In this document: positions 57,947 through 64,000 of the stretch, piece by piece
Numbering within the stretch: position 1 is the first letter of the stretch
Layout: every line of letters starts with the position of its first letter
Assembly (NCBI GenBank): GCA_964016885.1
Contig: OZ024743.1
Span: 54,064,001 to 54,128,000, forward strand
From: Eledone cirrhosa
Taxonomy: Eukaryota
Reading direction: 5' to 3'
Length of the DNA: 64,000 bases
Translations under genes and position numbers: made by a program
The notes under the pieces: generated by a model
What the model was told of the DNA's origin: nothing
What the model saw: the letters and a program-made list of their open reading frames with translations, nothing else
Database searches by the model: none

Positions 57947-59019
57947 CTGGGAACAGCAAATAAATAGAAATTTACCTAATTTTACTTCAATGTCCAGACT
58001 GCAGTTTTGCCGATTGGTTTGCAACTAAGGCATTGTTATAGCTGTTAGGAAAACGGCTTTTCAAGAGACCACTCAGACTAAGAAAAAATTCCTCGAACCG
58101 ATCGTTTCCCGTGACATTTCCGAAAGGGAGAGTATCACGTGGTTTATGAACATCCCAAAAGGTAGTAACTTACATGTGTGTGTGTTTGTTTCTGTCTCGT
58201 AATTTTGTGGTTCAGAAAAACGACATATATATACTAAACTTCATGGATGTTTTACCCGATCTCTTGAGCTATTATTTATAATGATGAAATATTATTATAG
58301 CTATCTGCATTGTGGCGACTATATTTTTAAAATGAATAATATAATCTCACTACACATTTTCTTATGAATAATGTGCGGCCTTGTGCCTTTAAGTCAGAAA
58401 TCATTATTTATCGCATTTATCAAACAAGAAGAAGACATATCTTGAACTGGAATGAATTCAATGCTTCTGTACCGTACGTTAATATTCGCCAAGGCGTTTA
58501 TTGTTATTACATTGATATCTGTTAAATACACAACGACACTTTAGCGATTTCATTGCTAGAAACACCCCCTTCCTCATCTCATCTCATTTTTACTATTTGC
58601 CTTTAACTTTCAATACGGAAGGAGGGAAATACGGAGAGAGTTTGTGCAAGAAAAACCATGAGATCAATACCTAGCATCAATAAATTTTCCTGAATTGTTA
58701 ACTGATGCTTGTCGAAAAATAGCGAATGTCCAGCAAAGTTTTATTGTGCACATGCGCAGCGAGTGGTGAATAAGATACATTATCCAGCACATATATCTAT
58801 TTTTTCGGTCATACGTTCAATAACCCCTCATCATTCTTTCAAATCTTTAGGCATGACTGATTACGGAAGCAACGTTGCACACATATTCCTCTCGTTATAG
58901 TTTTATTTATTGCTTATACAACATAGACGCGCCAAAATGGCGCTGGTTTCGATAAACTTCACTTACTCTGCTAATCGTATTTATCAGATAGGTCTTGCCT
59001 TTCCCTCTTTGTCCGTCAC

Positions 59020-59320
59020 CTTTCTTCTTCTCCCCATCCTCCTCCCACTTCTTTTTCTTCTTACACTTTGTCTTTTCTTGTTTCTTTTTCCTTTCCTTAT
59101 TCCTTTACTTTCTTTTTCTTTTCTTCTTTTTCTTCTTTCTTTCTACTCTTGGCTTCTCTCCTTCACTTCTTTCTTTCTTCTCTCCTTTCCTTCTTTCTTT
59201 CTACTCTACCTTTCTTCTTCTTCTTCTTCTTCTTCTTCTTCTTCTTCTTCTTCTTCTTCTTCTTCTTCTTTCCTCCATATTTCTTTTCTTCTCTTCATTC
59301 TTCTACTTATCCTTTTTCTT
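59020..59320. repeat. Polypyrimidine / (TTC)n tract
   Basis: Direct inspection. Confidence 0.9.
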
Positions 59321-59561
59321 CGTCATCTTAACACATTTTCCCTCACCACAATTATCAGCACCACCGCCATTTTCTTCTACATCTAGAGCCTTATATCATA
59401 AATATAATTATAATACTATAACTCAAGTTTTATCGTTTCAAGCAAACCCTAGATTAAGTTTACCATTCCACAGGAGTCGAAGACAACAAGATTATTTCTT
59501 TTAATTCTCGTTTGTTCCACACTTCCCGTTCATTTCTCTAATATTCGTCTTGTTATTCTTG

Positions 59562-59670
<109 letters not shown>

Positions 59671-59905
59671 TATATATATATATATTATATATAATATATA
59701 TATATATATATACATACACACATATATATATATATATATTATATATAATATATATATATATATATACATACACACATATATATATATATATACATATATA
59801 TATGTACATATGTATATATATATGTATACATATATATATACATTTATATATATATACATATATATGTATATGTATATATATAAATGTATATATATGTATA
59901 TAAAT

Positions 59906-59941
<36 letters not shown>

Positions 59942-59956
59942 GTGTGTGTATAAATG

Positions 59957-59987
<31 letters not shown>

Positions 59988-60018
59988 ATATATATGTGTG
60001 TGTATATGTATGTATATA

Positions 60019-60073
<55 letters not shown>

Positions 60074-60479
60074 GCATATATATATATATATATATAATAT
60101 ACAATTTTTCTTTATTTAGCTCCTGTTACTATTGCTGTTGTTGTTGTCTTTGTTGTTTTTGTTATTGGTGTTAACATTGTAGTTGTCGTCTCTGTTGTTG
60201 ATGTTGGTGGTGGTGGTGTTTGCGTTGTGGTCTTGTTATTGTTGCTGATGTTCTTGTTAGTGTTGCTGTTGTCCGAAATGTATCGAAGCATCTGAAGTAG
60301 AAGCTAAGAACAGACAGAATATTTGGCAATAATTAAAAATAATTTGTTGTGAGAATCTCTTAGAGAAAGATCATAAGTTGTTCCATAGAATGGATGGTTT
60401 CTGAGAACAAGAGTTCTCAAGTGGAGCAGTTTTTGATGTACATATATACGTGGGACTGCGTCTATATGTGTGTGTGTGA

Positions 60480-60930
60480 ATATATGTCTCAGTAAATACT
60501 AGTGTGTATGTGTGTTTGTGTATGTGCAGATACGAGTATATATATGTGTGTGTATGTGTGTGTTTGTGTCTGCAAATACGAGTGTATATGTGTGGTGTGT
60601 TTATGTGTGTTTGTGTTTGTGTGTTTGTGTATGTGTATATATGTGAATGTGTCTGTCAAAATACTAGTGTATATATGTGTTTGTGTCTGTGCAAATACGA
60701 GCGTATACGTGTGTTTGTGTCTGCAAATATGAGTGTATATGTGTGTTTGTGTCTGCAAATACGAGTGAACGTGTGTGTTTGTGCAACTACGTGTGTATGT
60801 ATGTGCTTGTGTCTGTGTAAATATGTGTATATATATGTGTGATTGTGTCTGTGCAAATACGAGCGTATATATGAGTTTATGTCTGTGCAAATACGAGTGT
60901 ATATGTGTGTTTCTGTCTCTGTGTATGTGT
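60480..60930. repeat. Minisatellite of about 32-36 bp (gtgtctgtgcaaatacgagtgtatatgtgtgttt)
   Basis: Repeated gcaaatacgag / aaatactagtg cores separated by TG spacers. Confidence 0.8.
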
Positions 60931-61274
60931 TTGATAAATGCTGTACTTGCTTTGATAAATGGTGTTTTATTTGTAAGTGCTACTGTGTTCTTGCTACATG
61001 AGTCTGTGTCTTCCACATAATTCTTTTTCATTTCATCTTTTAATTCGTTTTACTTTTTCTTTGTTGTTTTTATCGAATAAATACATTATTGATAGAAGTA
61101 TATATTTTATATAATGTAGTTTTCTCCTTTTAGTTACAACTTTACTTTCTTAATAAAACAAAAAATATAAGTGATATGTCTTAAATAAAATTGCACATAG
61201 TAGAATCTAAGGTTTGAAGAAAATATATTGCAAAATCTCGCATGCAAATTTCATTATCACACATATATGTAGTG

Positions 61275-61660
61275 TTGTGATGGCGCCTGGTTTAGCGACT
61301 AGTGTGCTAATCTGACGATAGTAAAATCGTTAACTTGATTCTCAGACCGGTTGGTGCACTGTGTCCTTGAGCAAGACACTTTATTTTTACGTTTCTCTAG
61401 TTCACTCAACTGGGAAAATGAGTTGCAACTTCACTTGTATCCCCTCAAACATCATCATATATATAGTGTATATATATATATATATATATATGAGTTGCGA
61501 CGTCACTGGTGCCAAGCTGTATCGGCTTTTACCTTTCCCTTGAATATAATAAGTAGCATAAAGAAAGGGGACTGGCATGCATGAACGACTGCTGATCTTC
61601 CATAAAATACACTTGTCAGGCTTTTGTCTCAGAGAAGTAGGTTCTTGGCCAGTCACAAGC
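61275..61660 (+). mobile_element. tRNA-derived SINE interrupted by (TA)n
   Basis: ggcgcctggtttagcg and gtgtccttgagcaagacact, then tgagttgcgacgtcactggtgccaagctgtatcgg. Confidence 0.6.
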
Positions 61661-62021
61661 GAAAGGAACTCTTTCCTATGTAATATTTTGGCTAGAATTA
61701 TTGATAAATTATTACATTATAATTGTTGAATTCGAAATTCAACATTTGATAATGTTCTTTCAAAAGACATTTCGACAACAGAGCAGCCTGTGAATAAGGA
61801 AATAATAGTGATGTTGTTAAGGAATATTGTGGCGAACAACAGAAATCATAAATGAAAAAGAAATACATGTGAAAATAAAAGGACATCGATGCAACTGAAC
61901 TTACTACCCATTGTTATCTGGTAATGTGTTTGTATGCATACGTAATCGGTCCGTATATTTCGGGTAAAATACCCTTTTACAAAAATATTAAAGATAGAGA
62001 AAATGATTGTATCTCCCTCGT

Positions 62022-62148
<127 letters not shown>

Positions 62149-62469
62149 CACAGATGCACATATGTGTGGGAGAATGAGAGAGAAAGGAAGTGAATGCGTG
62201 TGCGTGCTCACCTTTAGCAGAGAATAAGCTATTGTTGTTAAATGAGCGTAGATTTATAGATATATAGATATGTATAAGCATTAAAGCAAGAAAATGGTTG
62301 GATAAACACTCAGATAGATAGAGAGAAAGGCATACAAATAGATAAAGGGAGAGGTATGCAGGTAGATAGCTGGATAGATAGGTAAGTAGGTACATACATT
62401 ATGCATGCATACATACATACATACATACATACATACATACATACATACATACATACATACATACATACA

Positions 62470-62501
<32 letters not shown>

Positions 62502-63099
62502 GAAACATGTTCGGACGCGTGTGTGTATGCTACATTGTATATTTATTTATATTTGTGTGTATGTAAAAATTACATATATGTGAGATGTGTATGAGTGTAT
62601 AGTGTGTGTAAACGTGACTAGCTAGCTTTCCTCCAATGACAAATGAGTTCCATTGACACATGACACTGTAGACATAATTATCGCCTGCCACTCACTTTGC
62701 CTTAATAGTTCAGTTTACATCATTTCTACCGACGACAACACATTCAACCGTTAAATGGTTTGCCCCTTTATTCGCCGCTGACTGATGATAGGGGCCGCCA
62801 ATAAAGTGTGGTCCCATTATGTTACGGTGCTCAGAACTCACACACGCACAGACAGACACACACTTACACTTACACACACACTCATACGCATTCACACAAA
62901 CTTCACATACATACACATATATCTACATACTTCCTATCTCCTTTATGTATCATGTGTATGCTCTTGTCTGTGTATGCATGTGTTTCTATGACGAGAACAT
63001 CCACTATACCCCCCTCCCTACACACACACACGTGTGTATGAAAGTATCAATGCAGTGGGGGCACTATTGCACTAGTTTACACATCAATTCTTGTGGACA

Positions 63100-63685
63100 C
63101 AACATGGCCAAATGGTTAAGAAGTTCGCTTCGCTATCATTAGGTCCCATGTTTGAACCCACTGTCGTATCTTGGTCATTACCATAGCGTCAGGTTGACCC
63201 ATGCATTGTGAGGGAAATTGGGTAGACGTCCGTCGGTTAAACTGTACCTGCAATTCAAAGGGCCAAGCTTGTCACACATTATGTGGCGAGTTGATGGAAT
63301 GCTCAGTTATTACATGTTAATTTCATGAGTAAGATATTATATTGACCAAACAATAGAAACACTCATCGTCGAAACCGACGGAGGTTCATTCATTATTAAA
63401 GCTTATGTTGGTAGTTGATTCAGCGACTAAGTTTAGTCTAAAGTCTGTCTCAAGCCAGAAGGTTCGTCAGGCCGGTGCTTATCCTAGTTTCGTGCCGTGA
63501 AGCGACTGAGAGTACAAGACTCCACTCTGGACAGGACACCAGTCCATCCAAGGGTTAATCCCCCAGCTAATGCTAGTATTTATGTTCAGTTGTGTATAAT
63601 GGAGAGAAACTAAAATGAAGTGTTTTGTTCAAGAACACAACACATAGCCCAGTCCAACACCCTTACCACTAGGCTATGCGCCTCG
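63100..63685. mobile_element. Tail-to-tail SINE pair: family A-like (+, 63100-63390) and family C (-, 63430-63685)
   Basis: tggccaaatggttaag head. The family C copy is colinear with 38560-38845. Confidence 0.7.
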
Positions 63686-64000
63686 AAACATTAATAATAT
63701 GCAAGTGGAGCCCCCAATCCCCCGATAGTACGGTATAATGTCGGTTTATAATGTCATTAATTGCGGATTACTCTGTACTATTAAGAGTGTGCACAGTCTC
63801 TGAGTATGATGGCCAAATATACTAGAAACTTAAGTCAAGTTATTCACGCTTTTCAGTCTAAGGTATTTGTTCCCAGCCTGGGATCCATCAGCTTAGTTCA
63901 TAATTTTCTCTGAGAATAAGAATTTTTTTATTTTTTGATTGATATTCTCTGGGGTGAGGAGGTAACGGTAACGGGGAAATTCACTCAAGTATATATGATT

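Noticed and set aside
58910-59504. Hydrophobic F/L/S-rich ORFs as membrane proteins
   Set aside because: They are translations of a polypyrimidine/(TTC)n tract.

Overview
This is AT-rich, repeat-dominated eukaryotic DNA. The SINE families and the very long (TA)n, (CA)n and (TACA)n tracts look like an octopus or other coleoid cephalopod genome (inference). No intact host protein-coding gene can be supported, and almost every ORF in the track is a translated microsatellite. Recognisable coding remnants come from non-LTR retroelements: a CRE 3' fragment (1.4-2.3 kb), an L1/Tx1 3' fragment (3.0-3.9 kb), a Penelope-like GIY-YIG 3' part (21.7-23.8 kb), a near full-length frameshifted RTE (27.8-31.1 kb), an R4/Dong 3' fragment (34.3-35.3 kb) and a decayed Penelope-like RT (55.8-57.2 kb). 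There are also many tRNA-derived SINEs, a U6 pseudogene fused to a repeat tail, and a 3.5 kb GGT/GTT minisatellite. The strongest unexplained signal is a population of short non-coding modules sitting in (TA)n tracts. Many are fold-back (inverted-repeat) structures, and many carry hammerhead-ribozyme (HHR) folds. Five HHR folds are complete: 19527-19584(-), 23687-23757(+), 42171-42253(+), 43258-43340(-) and 43711-43794(+). Several more are degenerate, and a non-canonical CCTGAGCTGATC-N6-GAAAC-palindrome-GTH variant recurs in two unrelated elements. I read these as a family of microsatellite-associated, ribozyme-bearing non-autonomous Penelope-like (retrozyme-like) elements. All structures were paired by eye, and no database search or folding program was run.
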